NCBI GenBank assembly: GCA_965178125.1
Contig: OZ237754.1
Span: 1-64,000 of the forward strand
Origin: Bilabrum cf. latius
Lineage: Eukaryota
DNA: 64,000 nt
Direction of reading: 5' to 3'
The position numbers and the translations under genes were made by a program. Each line of letters starts with the position of its first letter. Within the stretch, counting starts at the first letter, position 1. Below are positions 26,501-39,939 of the stretch, piece after piece. The notes beneath the pieces were generated by a model, which saw nothing but the letters and a program-made list of their open reading frames with translations, did no database searches and was not told where the DNA came from.

Positions 26501-29500
26501 AAATAATGAACGCTACTCGAAAGGTTGGAGGCAGCTGCGATGCTATTGCGGGTTCTGTTGGCGATGACGAACGTAGCGAGGTTGGCACTGGGCAGGAGCC
26601 AGCTTCAAGTTAGAAGGCAGTGGATGCACTCTGCGAACTACTCGCTCAGTCATTCACCGATTCCTACGTGGCAGGTAATATGAATGGTGCAGTGGGGCAG
26701 GGAATCGACAATCAATCCGACTGGTTCCTGCCCCTCCCGCAGCTCCTGGCTGAGCCCTTGGAAACGCTGGTGCCGCAGCTACACCCAAGCGGTATCACAC
26801 AGCTGTTACCGCTTGCGAGCATCCTGGGGATCGATCCAGATGAGCTGCATGCTGCGCTAGCAGTGCGCATGTGTAGATGCATCGTCAGGCATAGAGTTTT
26901 TACAGCCCAAGCCAACGCGATACTTGCGCGGCTTGCAGCCGACCAAGATTACGGTGCGCGCGAGAGCTTTGCTGCAATAGCAGCAGTGGTTGCAGATACC
27001 CCTGGGATAGCTGCGGAGTCGATTGGGTTCGAAGATGTGCAGCAGGTGTTGGGTGGCATCTAGGATCAGGCGTACTTGGTCGAAGCCGTCATTTCGTGCT
27101 GCAGGGAGGTACCCAGTGACTACGCAGACCTGGCAGAGATATGTCCAGAAGTTTACGACGCCGCGAATGCTTTCTGTGTCTTTGGTTCCATTGTTGCAGA
27201 CGAGTTCGACAAGGTGGTCGCAGACAGAACTTCTGACGCGGTCACCGCGTAGTCAAGCCATGCGCTGCAACACCGACGGTTTGAGCGGCTGGATGATGAT
27301 GCACTTCCTCAGATTGACAGCGCGTTCTTGTCGATTGGCAAACAACCCGCTGTCGACAATCAAAGCTCTGAAGTACGAACGATTGTGTCTGACACAATAG
27401 TCACGGCGCATTTGCAGACACTTGATTCTGCTCGTTCGCGCGAGAGCCACAGTGATTCTGCCACTGAGAGTTTGTCAAGCTCATTTCGCGCTGCAATTCG
27501 GGCATGCGGTTCAATCGAAGGTATACTAGCGCTCCGAATCGCTTTATCTACCATGGCCCACTCTGGCGCGTCGAAGGAACTCGAAGACTTGGACAGCGAA
27601 AGCAAGGGCGGGGACTCCATGCCCAGCGATGAGGACGATTTCAGGATGCTCAGTGCTGCTAGAGACAGCCAGGATCGACACCTGAAGGCCCTTGTGTCCA
27701 AGCTGGAGGTGGCACTCATGGGGCCGAACGTATACGCGGCCTGCGTTGGAGATCTCGGACAGCTTTGGACTTCGGCGATATCAGTGGATGAGCACCTGGA
27801 AGAGACTGATGGCGCTCTGCTCCAGGACGGAGTTGATTTGAGCGCAGTACCGGAAGAAAGTGCCGATGGGGAGGGGAACAAGTACAGCCATCGGCCGAGA
27901 GAAGTTCGACCGGACCTCAGTGCCAAGGATACTCAGGCTGCAGCATAGCTCATACGGCGATTGGGCCGTCTGCTGGCTCCTGCTGAGCATCAGAGCACCT
28001 CCGGCTCGTAGCGTAGCGGCAGCGGGTGGATCAGGCACATGCAGCTGCATCACGTGTTGTGTTCGATATCCGCAAGGTTTGGAGTGGACTTACAGCAAGT
28101 GGCCATGTTGTATGCGAATGAGGCCCTCGGCGCAAATGCCGCGGAGCGCTGCCACCAGCGAGCAGTTGAACTTGGGTCTGGACAGGCCGCTAGTAGCACC
28201 ATCGGCACTGTGGTTGAAGATGAGGACGCCGAGGTGCAGCTGGAGTTCGAGCTGGCGTGGCTGTTGGGGAGACCAAGACGAGACCCAGCGGGGTACTGGC
28301 AGATGTACAAGGCGCTGGCAAGCCCAGAGGCGTGCTACCGAGCTCTGCTCAAGGTGGCGTTTGCTCCTGAGCCCGAGGCTGAAGCCGGAGGTGCCTCTGT
28401 TCGCGCGACACGTGCCGGGTCCAGGCGATCCTAGGCAAAGGTTGTGCCCCCATCCAAGCGCGGGCGGGCTCCGACCCCGATTATGCGAGCCCGTGCCTTG
28501 CGAGTGGCCTTGCGGATCGCGAGTGCCACAGAGCTGGAGACCGCATGCCCCGGTGGCCTGAGGTCGCTTGTAGCTCAGTTGCTGTCATGTGGGCACGTAG
28601 CCAGGTTGTGTGCCCTAGGCGGGTCAGACACGGCGAAGGGTGCCGGGGCTAGGGCGACAGGCCGTGCAGACGGTAGGAAGTCAGGCCGTCGAGATGGCAT
28701 GCGGTGGGATCACGCCACCACCGTGCGAGATTTTGTGGCTTGCGATAAGGGATCGTTGGCCAGGGGGCTGTGGAGGGACATGCGAACATCCAGGGCGGCG
28801 GTACGAGAGGTGGTCAGCTTGGTGATCGACTTCGGGGCCGGCGATGAGGTGCTGCTCGAGTCTGCTCTGAGACAGGCGCTGTCGCTCGGGGACCACCGCT
28901 TCCTGCTGGACGTTTGCCTGTGCCTCCAGGAGCTTTCAGCTTCGGCTGACTCGGCGCTGGAAGCAGCCATCCAGGAGGCGGAGTAGGAGGCAGAGGTACA
29001 CAATGACGAGCATGCGGTGGATATCTGGATGCTGGGCGCTTCCCGCAGCCCGGCAGCAGTGCTGAAGTTAGCAGCAAGCGGACTAGCGGCTGTCGAGCAA
29101 AGCGAGGGGTCTGAGGAGTCCGTACGGGGGATACAGACTCCTGTTCTGACGGCCCAGAAGTCGCGGTTGGTGGATGGCCGGCTGGGTGTGCTGGAGGTCT
29201 TCCTGTCAGCCGCGGGAGAGAGCCTGGAGGCGCTGCTGCAGGCGCTGAGGGCGCGGCGGGAGGAGGAGCAGGGGAGTCCATGGGCAGGGTGGGTTGCTTA
29301 GCGGCTGGAAGCAGTGTGCCGGTGCATGTCTTTGTGTTCTGCAGATATGCCTGATGCTGCCCCTAAGCCAATGGGGACTGCGGCAGAGCGCTTGGCAACG
29401 CTAGCAGAGTAGCTTTTGTGTCTGCCAGCGGCCCGTGCGACGGAGGCCGGAGGTGAGGCTGCAACTCGTAAGTCTGGACAGGAGGGAGACGGGCTGCGGG

Positions 29501-29562
29501 AGCACTTGTCAGGGCTAGCTGATCGATTGTGGCGAGTATGTTGCGCGCTGCGTCAGCTGTAA
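20523..29562 (+). CDS. KNTC1: Kinetochore protein ROD/KNTC1-like (~2980 aa)
   Basis: One frame 20647-29562 with 25 TAG and no internal TAA/TGA, ending TAA. Putative short first exon from ATG 20523 with intron 20544-20646. The C-terminal RARALRVAL...FVACDKGSLARGLWRD...AVREVVSLVIDF resembles the Rod_C motif, and the N-terminal LLIVGDAEGRIHFV is propeller-like. Confidence 0.75.
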
Positions 29563-29983
29563 CGGTGATGAGGCTATGACAGTAAGGGGGGGGCAAATAG
29601 TTTGTGATTCTACTCAAAGGTGCACGTTATCATGAATGAACACGTTTGTTGACAAGACAGACCACACTGGGGCTCTTCCACGCAGACAATGGCGGGCAGA
29701 TGGCGGAGGCAGCTTGTACTTCTGCTGCATCTAGACACATGGGCGCCATGGCTGGCCGACGGCCGCTAAGCTGCCACGCCCTGCTTGGTGCCTGCCTTCT
29801 GCGGTACATCCCCATCCATTCGCCAAGTTGTTTACATTTCCCGGCTTGGCTAGTGGGTCCAGCACCCAATCCAAAATGAGGTGAGCCTTTGCCCTAGAAT
29901 TAGAAGTAGCGTGCACATTACTCGAATAATGGTTATTGTGCTTGCATATCAATATCGCCTCTAGATCACACGAACTTTGCACT

Positions 29984-32065
29984 ATGTCATCTGCAAAGAA
30001 GCTACAAGGTACGAATATTACACTCTATAGGACGAATGCCTCTTGAATGAAATGCGAGGCACGGTATGACTGCGAAACGCTATCGTTGCTGAGGAGCCCA
30101 CCGTATTCTATCTCGCAGCGGACATTGACAAGACACTGAAGAAGATCAATGATGGCATCGATGCATACGAGCAGAAATGGGAATTGGTAAGGAAACTGCG
30201 TCGAGTGCGCTGCGGTCACTGGATATTTGTAGCCACTACGGGTGGTCGGACGTCCCTGCTCAATTATTTCGCAGCTCATGGACACTGACGCTCCTCATCT
30301 CAAGGAGAAGTACGAAAGTGACTTGAAAAAGGAGCTGAAACGCCTGCAGAAACTGCGAGAATTGGTCAAAAATTGGGCGAACTCGTCAGATGTCAAGCAG
30401 AAAGAGCCTTTGTACGAAGCTAGATCGAAAATCGAGCGTCGCATGGAGCGATTTAAGGCTCTAGAGCGAGAGAGTAAAACTAAAGCGTACAGCAAGTAGG
30501 GACTCATGCGAGAAGACGAGCCGGATGACCCCGAAAAGGCCGCCACACGAGAGTGGCTGAATGATATGCTGCGGCAGCTCGCCACGCAGACCGACGAGAT
30601 GGAAGCCGAGTTGGAGCAGGAGCAACGCAAGCGCAAACCTGATGCAGACACTGAGGAAGAACTCGAGTCATGCATAAACACGAACCGCTGGTACACAGAG
30701 CGCCTGGAGCAGCTGGTGCGTCTGCTGGACAACGACGCAGTGGAGCCCCCTTCCCTGGAGGACTTGCAGGACCTGGTGGCCGACCATTTGGATAGGGGCA
30801 GGGACGCAGACTACGTCCCGGACATGACAGTCTTCGAGGACTTCGAGAGCCTCTTCGTGTTCGACGATGATGACGATGACGACGAGGATGACGACGAGGA
30901 CGGAGGCGTCGGGGCTGCGGCAGATCCGAGCCAGGGGGCTGCCGCAGGCGGAGCTGGGGCGGGCGAGTCGTCGGCGTCCAGTGCAGGGGCCAGCAAAGCC
31001 AAGAAGTCGAAGGCAGAAGAGGCAGAGGAGGCAGCTGCCAGTGCTCGCCGGTCGAAACTCAAGAAAAAGGCTGCCAAGAAAGAGAAGGAGAGACAGCAAG
31101 CATTGGCAGCCAAGCGAGCAGTTCCGGTTCCTCCTGTCGATAAGGCTGCGCCCGCATCGACCACAGCTTCAAATCCCACGCCGGCCTCTGCCCAGCCACC
31201 CCGACCCATCGCTGGATTCCGTAGTGCGGTCCGCGGCGCCGCCATGGCCCAGCGAACCACACCGACCCCAGTCACGCCGGCGGCACTCGCCGGGGAGGCA
31301 GCCGCATCCCCCGGGCCCCAGCTCGCAGCAGTAGAGCAAGCTGCCCCCAAGCTGGCCCCCAAGGCGGGGACGGACGGCGGGGGCGTGCGGGGTGCAGCGA
31401 ATGGTGCTGTGAGCATGTCTCCGCTGCAGGGAGGTGCATCGCACGGTGGGGCACCCGACGGCAGCACCGCCAGCAGGGGCGCAGAGGGGTCTGACTTGCG
31501 GGAGGCCAGGAGGGGGCTGGCGCAGTGGACACTCCGAGGTCCACCTGCAGACGCGGGGGGCATGACTCGGGGCATGAGTCTGGAGCACAAGGCAGAGATG
31601 GACCTGCTGCCTGAGCCCATGCCCCTCGAGGCAGCCAGGGAAGCGCTGATCCAGATGCAGGCCACCGCGAGTCGACTGCCCTCCCTCCCCGACGTGGAGC
31701 CCCCTGCGGCGTACATGCCCCGCAGGCCCGCCCCCGGACACTCCTCGTTCCCCTCCAGGCCCTTGGCCTCGCTGGCCACCCCGGCCATGACCTCCAGGAT
31801 GACGACACAGTCGCTTTTCTTCGTCTTCTACATGCAGCAAGGGACCTTTGCGCAGTACCTGGCGGCTAGGGAGCTGAGGAAGAGATCTTGGAGGTTCCAC
31901 CGCAAGTACTTGACCTGGTTCCAGAGGCATGAGAAACCAGAGGTAGCGACCAAGACGTACGAGAAGGGCAGCTACCTGTTCTTTGATTACGAGCAGGGGT
32001 GGTGCCAGAACATCGTGAAGGACTTTGTGTTTGAGTACGCCCATCTGGAGGATGAGCTCAAGTGA
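29984..32065 (+). CDS. CNOT3: CCR4-NOT complex subunit NOT3/NOT5
   Basis: [48 protein letters not shown], and NOT box ([29 protein letters not shown]). Introns 30009-30118 and 30187-30274. Ends TGA. Confidence 0.95.
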
Positions 32066-32187
32066 ATAGATTCAGATTCGTGCATCGTTTGCTACTGGGC
32101 TGTGCTGGTGCCCAGTGCCGGTCCGGATGATCCGATCCAACCGAGCTGCAATTCAACCGCACACACGCAATGCGACTCTAGCAAAGC

Positions 32188-35100
32188 ATGGGCTGCTGGC
32201 ATAGGCTCACATGCATCGTAATGCTGGGCTGCATGACGCCTCCGCTCGTCAAAGCCTGCGGGGTGACCACGCACTCAATGATCGCTCGCCGCGCAGCCGA
32301 GTACATGAGCGGCAACTCGAGCCTGCAGCGATTTGCAGAGCTTCAGGTAAATAAATCCGAAACTGAAGCCGGCTTCTTGCATCCAAATGGAGCATATGAG
32401 GTAAGCATTCGCCGGTTTGGCAACTCCTTTGCTGCATCTTAAAGGCTTGGTTCAGAATCTTGAGCGATTCTTCACTTACTCTGGCGTATGCAGGCAGGAG
32501 CCCCGTTCCCTGATTACCTCTACGCATGTGGCAACAACCACGATGATGGAGAGTATGCCCATTGGCCGCCGTTTCTGAGGTTTGCCGCCATATACATTCG
32601 AAATGAGACGCTGGATGGCGGAGATCCGGCCGACCCTTCCAGCTGGCCTGAGCACGCACAGCGTCTGTTCGCGTTCATGGCGGGTGTTGCTTCTCACTAG
32701 ACCGCGGATGTCAACTGGCACGGGCTGCGATTCACACCTCCCGGCTACGGCCTCATCGAAACAATTGGGGGGCAGGACTATAACTGCACCGGAAGGCTGG
32801 CCTCAGGCATGCGCTGCTACGAGGCGAACGGGGAGACGTCAGGAGATATTGCCCACACCATGGCAGATGTTGGAGGGGAGTTCCTGGCATCGTTTCAGAC
32901 GCCTCTCAAGTGGTGGCGCCCGGAGGAATGGTGGGTGCCGACCGAGGACCTCGTGAAGATCTTCAACCTTGGTGGACACTTCCCCAACGCTAGCGCTATC
33001 GAGGAGTGTGCGGGGGTCTTCTTTGTAGAGGCACTGGCGATTCGAGACCTGGCTTGGGCCATCGAGACGATCGAGACGCAGCGCTCGCCCACCTTCGTGG
33101 ACGAGTACATGTCGATGCTGCTCGGGGGCGTGGACGACATGGCAGTGTGGAGCGCACGCACGCAAGAGAGGCTCGCCAACTGGACGGCCTATGGCCCACC
33201 CCCCCCGGACAGTCTCCCTCCAGACGTAGCAGAGGGGCCTGCGCCCGGCAGTCGCGCCTTTTAGCCTCGCCCTGAGAGCCTCCGATTCGCCCGCGAGCTG
33301 GTCCGTCGACTGGGCGGGGAGACCGGCGGCGTGGCCCGAGCCCTAGCTGTCCTCGGTTGGAGGACGGAGCGGGATAGTCACGGGGCCACGCGGTTCGTTC
33401 AAGTGCCGCGACAGGGCTAGCTACCGGCGCGAGGGCTGGAGGAGGCTGTGCGTGGGGCATACCGGGCTGCCACGGGGGCAAGAGCGGGGTTGGGCAGCAG
33501 CAGCAGCAGGAGCAGGCAAGGGGGTGAGCCCTGGGCTACTGCCAGAGGCGGTGCTGCAGTTCCCAGCAGGGACCCAGCTGGAGTGGCTGGGGCCGCTGCT
33601 CCTCTGGCGTATGCAGGCGGCGGTGGCATGGCCTGGGTGGATGCAGACGGAGACGGCCTCGTCGATGACCTGGCGGTGGGTGCTCCCGGGCTGTCGGCCA
33701 GGGAGGGAGAAGACCCCGATCGAGTGAGAGGCAGCTGTCCCCAGGGAGGAGGCATCTTTATCATTGTAGATGCGCTGAATGTCTCGGCTTGGGCTAACGC
33801 CAGCATGCGTGGCCCCGCAGACCTGGGGGCATGTGCCGCGGGGCCGCTGGGCCGCGTGGGAGCCACAGTGGCGGCTGCAGATCTTGACGCAGATGGAGCA
33901 GCTGACCTGGTGGTAGGAGCCCCCGGGGCGAAGGCAGGGGACTGGGGACATGTGACGAAAGTGCCTGCGCTGCAGTACCGCGGGGCCATCCTCGTGTTTT
34001 CAACCCTGGCTGCCTCCATCCAAGCTCCAGCCGGTGGTTTGGCGCTACCACCCCGACCCACGGTCGTGGTGGAGGCCCCATCGACGGCTGCCCTCAGTTT
34101 CCTAGGGTCAGGGAGCATGATCGCAGCCGCAGTGCGTGGGACCATGGGCCAGGGTGCGGCGGTGCAGGACGTGCTGGTGGGTGCCAGCACTGCGTACGTG
34201 GACCCCGCCCTCGGAGGCATGGGCTTCTCTGGAGTTGATTGGAGCCACGTGACTGGCTGGAAGGAGTTCGCTGTGCAGCGCGGGGCCGTCGTGGTTGTCA
34301 TGGCCGACGCAGTGCCGACTGTGGCCGGGTTTTGGGAGCAGCAAGCACGGGCGGTAGGCGCATCTACTGACGGTGCACCTGCCTGGATGTCGCTGGATGA
34401 TGCCATGCATGCCGGCGCCGCTGCCCAGTTGCTGCCCTCCTCCCCCACAGAGATCGAGATCGTGACCGCCCCAGCAACTGCCGCAAGGGCCTCCTCATCG
34501 GCTGCTGATACTATTACGCCTCCAGCGAGCGAGGCGTTTCCGTGGGGCACCGGCATGTCTCCCTATGCCAAGTGTGGGTCGTCCCTTGCCGCGACTTCAA
34601 GCCTGCTGCTCATTGGGTGCCCGGGGTGGCGCATGCCCAGCACCGGGGAGCCCATTGGGGCGGCTCTGGCTCTACCATTGCCTCTCCCTCTGTCCCTGTA
34701 GGATGCAAGTGGCTTCTCTGTGGTCGGCAACAGCACCATTGCAGGCAAGGCCCTATACGGCCCGCACGCCTTGTCGCAGGCAGGGTACAGCCTGGCAGTG
34801 ACGCAAGGCACCAATACCACAACCACCGGCACTGGCAGTCAGATCGTGCTGATGGGGGCCCCTGCTGCCGACCAGCCGGGCGTGCCTCCATCCCCCATCA
34901 GCAACACCACAGCGGGCAGCGGGCCATCAGCGCATGGCCAGGTGTTGGCCATACCAGCTGCTGCAGTCGCCTCGCTCCCGCCTGGGGCATGGAGGAATGC
35001 AAGCGCGCTGTCTCTGACGTTTGGAGGGGCCGTGGTGGGCGGTGCTTCTGCTCAGAGCAGGCTAGGTCATGCTATCGGGGCTCTGTGCGGGGGCCAGGCG

Positions 35101-35460
35101 GGTTGCTCGAGGGCCAATGCAGGTGCAGGTGCCAGTGGTGCGATTTTGCTGGGAGCCCCGCTTGCCACCAGCCTGCCCACTGGAGAACAAGGAGCGCTTC
35201 CAGAGGGCGGTGCAAACGCTGGCAAGGTATTTTCTGTTGACAGTAGCAGTCTACGGGGCGGATCCGTCCACGCGAGCATCGAGACAGTGGCGCAGTGGGC
35301 TGCCGCCCCCAGTGAGGAGTACGCCCGCTTCGGGGAGGGCCTGCTGGGTGGGTGCGGCGAGTCCGGCCAGTGCACATGGGTGGCTGCTGCTCCTCGGTCT
35401 AGTAGGGGAAGCGTGACCGCAGGGGGCATGTCAGGGTCTTTGTATGCGATTTCAAGTTGA
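32188..35460 (+). CDS. GPLD1: GPI-specific phospholipase D-like (Zn-dependent N domain + FG-GAP propeller)
   Basis: Signal peptide, CGVTTH, AGAPFPDY, AHWPPFL, GVASH*TADVNWH, HTMADVGGEF, FG-GAP repeats (DADGDGLVDDLAVGAP, DLDADGAADLVVGAP). Intron 32401-32493, 4 TAG, ends TGA. Confidence 0.88.
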
Positions 35461-35539
35461 TGCTGCCTGCCACACAAAAACCGGAACTCATCTACTGCAG
35501 ATCGGTCAGAAATCACTTTGCTGCGACTGATCGCAGCTT

Positions 35540-37534
35540 ATGCTGGCAAAAAGAGCACTCAAGTATGATTGTTTGATAATCGGCGCGGGTGTTGTTGGCT
35601 GCAGTACGGCGAGAGTGCTGTAGGCACTTGGTGCCAGGTGTGCAGTCGTGGATTCAGCAAGATTCCCTCTTGGATCCGCCTCAGGAGGCAACTCTGGGAT
35701 ATTGTGTACGGGATATGATGCACCAGAGAAAAGTATCGAACGATTTTGTCTTGAATTAGGATAGGCATCCATCCGTCGAGCAGCAACTGGGCTTGGCACG
35801 CCAGCGTTGAACACGGGAGCGATTGTATTGTCTGGCGGGGTTTCACAAATTGCGGATGCCAGCGATGGATTCATCGAAACACTCAATGCGCTCGGTACTG
35901 CCAATGAGCCGCACCTCAAGCTGTCAAGGGAGACCCTAGAAGCACTGCAACCACATATCAATACCAAAGACTTTGCGGCAAATGGAGGCATTCACGTCGA
36001 TACGGAGTGCGTTATCGATTCGTATAGTCTAGCATCATCGTGGCTCAATGCTGCTATGCGCAGTGGAACCGATTTATTGCTGGGATACGATACGGAGTCC
36101 GTGGAGCCTGTGGCATCGGACGAGCTCGCTGAAGACGGTTGGGTGGTCAAACTTAGGAACCGAAACGCTGCTGAGAGTAGCATAGACGTGTCCACAACGT
36201 CGATCATTGGTTGCGCGGGGAATTCATCCGATGCTCTCCTCAAGCTATTGCCGCTGGGAGGTGAGCGTGAGGGTGCAGCCCAGTCCCCGCAGTCCCCGAG
36301 GAAGGGCCAGTACGTCGTGTTTGGCCCTGCAAACAGAGAGCCAGGAGAACAAAGACATTTGCCGATAGATCGACCGTTGTAGCCACCACCTACCCAAACG
36401 AGCAAAGGAGTGTTTGTGTTTCCATCTGCCTGCCAGCGCATGATCGTGGCGGGCCCCACGGCCCTTGACACCCACGAGACCAGCAGACCCACGAGCTCGC
36501 TGCAGACTGCGAGCCAGCTGGCTGATCACGCCAGGCGCATGCTTCCAGGCTGCCTGTCCCGCAGGTCGAGCCCGTCTGCGGGGTCCGTCCAGCCCGACCG
36601 AGGCCTGGTCCCTTGGTTCACGTACTCTGGGCTGCGGCCTGCTCTGGGGGACCGGAGGGACTACCGCTTTCTGTCGCTGCAGGGCGTAAATGCCAGTGGC
36701 AAGAGTCGAGCTCGATGGCTGAGCATAGATGGCATCAGGTCGACCGGCCTCAGCGGCTCGCAGGGCATCGCGGGACTGGCCGGGCTCTGGTGGCTGGCAG
36801 GACTGCAGGATGCAGACTGGAACAGGCTCGCGGGGCATGGGCATGGGCGTGGGCGTGGGCAAGGTGCAGGCGGCTAGAAGCAGCTATCGAGCAATAACTT
36901 AGAGTGGCCGCCCGCGGCTGGCGCAAAGTTCAAGCAAGCAAGGCTTTTGTTCGGGCTGGCCGGCTCTGAAGCTGGCAAGGCCGGGGTGCATGAGCTGGGG
37001 CTGGGTGACAGCAGCTACTGGGAAGCATCAGGGACAGGCGACGGGTATGTCTCGCCATTGCAACGTATAAAGTAGCAGTGCGCACGGCTGCTTGATGTCG
37101 TTGATGCTGTTGCACCCGCTAGACAGGTGCCGCTTCGGGTTAGAACCAAGGGAGGGCAGGAGCGGTCGCACGCGGGACTGCGCGCGGCTGAGCCAAGCGA
37201 GAGCCGGCGACCTGGCTCGCACGATCCGGATGGCTGGCCGCATCACATCACAGACAGTACAGGTGAGCAGGGCGGGGTGGTTTGGGATGACAGCGGGGGG
37301 GCTGGGGCGGGTCTGCCAAACATGCGGTTTGGAAGCGTAGAGGCATTCTTTGAAGGGAGCGTTGTCGGGGTGGTGGGTGAGTGTGAGGGTGAGGGCAGCG
37401 GCAAGGGTGCCTGGCTGCCGGTGACTCACCCCCTGTCTGCCGCCAGTGTTCTGCTCGCGCATGGTGAGATGGATGGTCAAAGTGGACGCCCCCTGTCTGC
37501 CGATCCGGAGGCAGCTCCAGGTCGTAGGCAGTGA
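35540..37534 (+). CDS. FAD-dependent oxidoreductase, DAO / L-2-hydroxyglutarate oxidase / GlpA-like (~664 aa)
   Basis: YDCLIIGAGVVG, ASGGNSGILCTGYDA, PRKGQYVVF, PL*PPPTQTSKGVFVF, YSGLRPA, GIRSTGLSGS. Joined through TAG, ends TGA. Confidence 0.88.
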
Positions 37535-37666
37535 CGTAGGATGTGCCTTGCAGGTTGAACTGGGAGACTAAATCTGATTCCGGATGAACTACTTTTGTCA
37601 GAAAAAGAGCGCGCGTCCTGACGAGACGCTGATCAAGCGCACCTACATGTTTCGTGCGCTACCCCT

Positions 37667-39499
37667 TCACTGGGATCCGCTCCTCTTGTTGGGGTCCAGC
37701 ACAGCCCGGCGCACTCGCAGCTGCAGGCAGCACAGCATCTGATACCAGCTGTTCCCCTCGGTGGTGAGCACCCACTTCTCGGAGGCCCCGGGCATGCACC
37801 CGCAGTACCACCCCTCGCACTGCGCCCACGCCTGCTGCTCGTGGAGCACCTCCTCGTGCAGCTCGTGCGCCGGCTCGTGCTATCTGACGAAGTCACTCGG
37901 CAACGTCCCAGAACCCTCCTCCCCCTCCCCCTCGCCCTCGCCCCGCAGTCCCAGCCCCGGCGAGCCTTGTCCCACTTGCGCAGCCCTGCCCCTCCTGTGC
38001 ATGGGACCGTCCTTGCTGTCCACTCCCAGCTCCGTGCCCTCGCCGGCGCCTAGCAGTGGCTGGTGCAGCGCCACGCCGGGGCCGTGCTCGTTGCCTGGAG
38101 GAGCACCTGCTGGCGCACTCCGGGATGGGATATGCGCCTACTTGCCAGCTGCCGTGTCGTGACTATGCCATCCTGCATCAGATCCGCCCCAAGCTCTGTC
38201 CCTGCTCCAACCTTCGTCACTGTGAGATCCTTGCGATGCGCCAGGCAGAGGCGAGCAACCGCACACGATGCCTAAGACAACGCGCAGGGGCGCGCACGGG
38301 CCGCGGATCGACGCCCGCCTCGTCTTGTACCCACCCAGCTTGCTCCCACCAATCCTATGTTGCTATACTTGCTACCATCCCCCCAAACCAACACTATGCT
38401 CCGCATCATGGAATGCACTGTCTCCTGCTACTCCCTTGCCAACCCGCCCGGCTCCATTGCCAGCCCCTGCCCCGTTCTGATACCCGCTACCGTGTCCAGA
38501 ATCAGAACCACCGCCTGTCCAGCCCCCGTCCTCCATGCCCACATCCACGCCGCGCACCGCATCCCTGGCCCTTCGTCCCGTCAGCCGGTAGTACAGCGAC
38601 TGTCTCCGCGCCAGCCACTGCACCACATCTGCAAATATGGGCACCACTCCGATCCCGAATATGAGGCCCAGGATGCCACCCATCTCTGCCCCCAGGTCGA
38701 GCCACGTGTAGGGCCGCAGCTCCTGGATGGAGGTCTCTGCCAGGCTCGAGTAGTGGAAGCCCAGCACCACGGTGTCCTGCTCGGGGCCGAACTGGCTGCG
38801 AAACTGAAACGCACCCGCATCTCCGTGTTGCGCCTCGTACTGGGTCTCCTGGGTGCCGTTCAGGAACACGTACGACACGCGCCGCATGCGGTAGAACCGT
38901 GGCCTGCCCGGGGATGCCACCAGCACGCTGTTCAGCTCCTCGGGGCACTCCCCCTTGGCGTGGGAACAGCGAGGGTGCAGGCTAACATGCACTCCGCTAA
39001 AGCGCTCAGAGACCGGGTACTGGTCCGTGTTGAGCCTGAGGGCAACCAGGAGGGTGTCCGCCAGGCCGGTCTTCGAGGTTGTGTACACAGTCTGGTTGAG
39101 GTCGTTGTTGACCGAAACACAGTTAGACAGCCCGTCACGAGCTTTCTGAGGAAAGCAAAGGGATGTGTTTGTGTACGTACCGCAGTACACCGGATCCAGC
39201 GGCACAGTCCTGGCCATATTGCAGATGGTGATTGCAGGGAAAGGTAGCTCTTTGGCGTATCTCATTCGAACAGCAGTTGTCACGTCCTCCTGACGAATCT
39301 ACTACACACGCGATGGAATGACTACACTGAGCCACGTAGAAACTAGGACTGTGCCCGCCAACGCTACCAGCAGGAGCAATCGATCGATCCAGACCGACGG
39401 CGAGCCAATTTGGCACTGGCACTCCCAACCTTTGCAGCACATCGGGCGAAATCCGTCGTCGTCATCCCAATTTTTATTTGACAGTTGTGCACCCCGCAT
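37667..39499 (-). CDS. DEG/ENaC (amiloride-sensitive sodium channel)-like protein with short ectodomain (~610 aa)
   Basis: TM1 (LLLLVALAGTVLVSTWLSVVI), post-M1 signature LPFPAITICN, pre-M2/TM2 YTWLDLGAEMGGILGLIFGIGV, long low-complexity C-tail. Ends TGA. Confidence 0.8.
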
Positions 39500-39939
39500 G
39501 CTAACTTTGTGCTGAACTGGCACCGCGGTCGAGAGCCTTTGCGTTTGCAACTCGGCCTCCAGGTGCAAGTGAGTAAGAATGCCCTCTTACGGATCAAACG
39601 ATTAAATATCAGAGTATCAACCAATCATGGGTACAAATAGAAACCAATTAATGTAAGAGATCGTGTAGCAGCCCGGTTAACAATCCAGCGGCAGGTTGAG
39701 ACTGGACACAAAAAACGAAAGCCGGCGTCACTCATCACACAACCGGATAAATACACTGTTCGTTTTAAAATCAGATTCCTGCAATTGAAAGAATACCATA
39801 TTCCCGCAAATAAAGTAGTGTGTCGTTTGGCATTAACGGCTCTGCCGACCCCAACCACCATTCAAGGAATACTGCCCATCAAAAGCAGCCTCTTCTTTGA
39901 AGCTTAAGCCTTTCGCTAATAAAGCCCAGTTAACTTATA

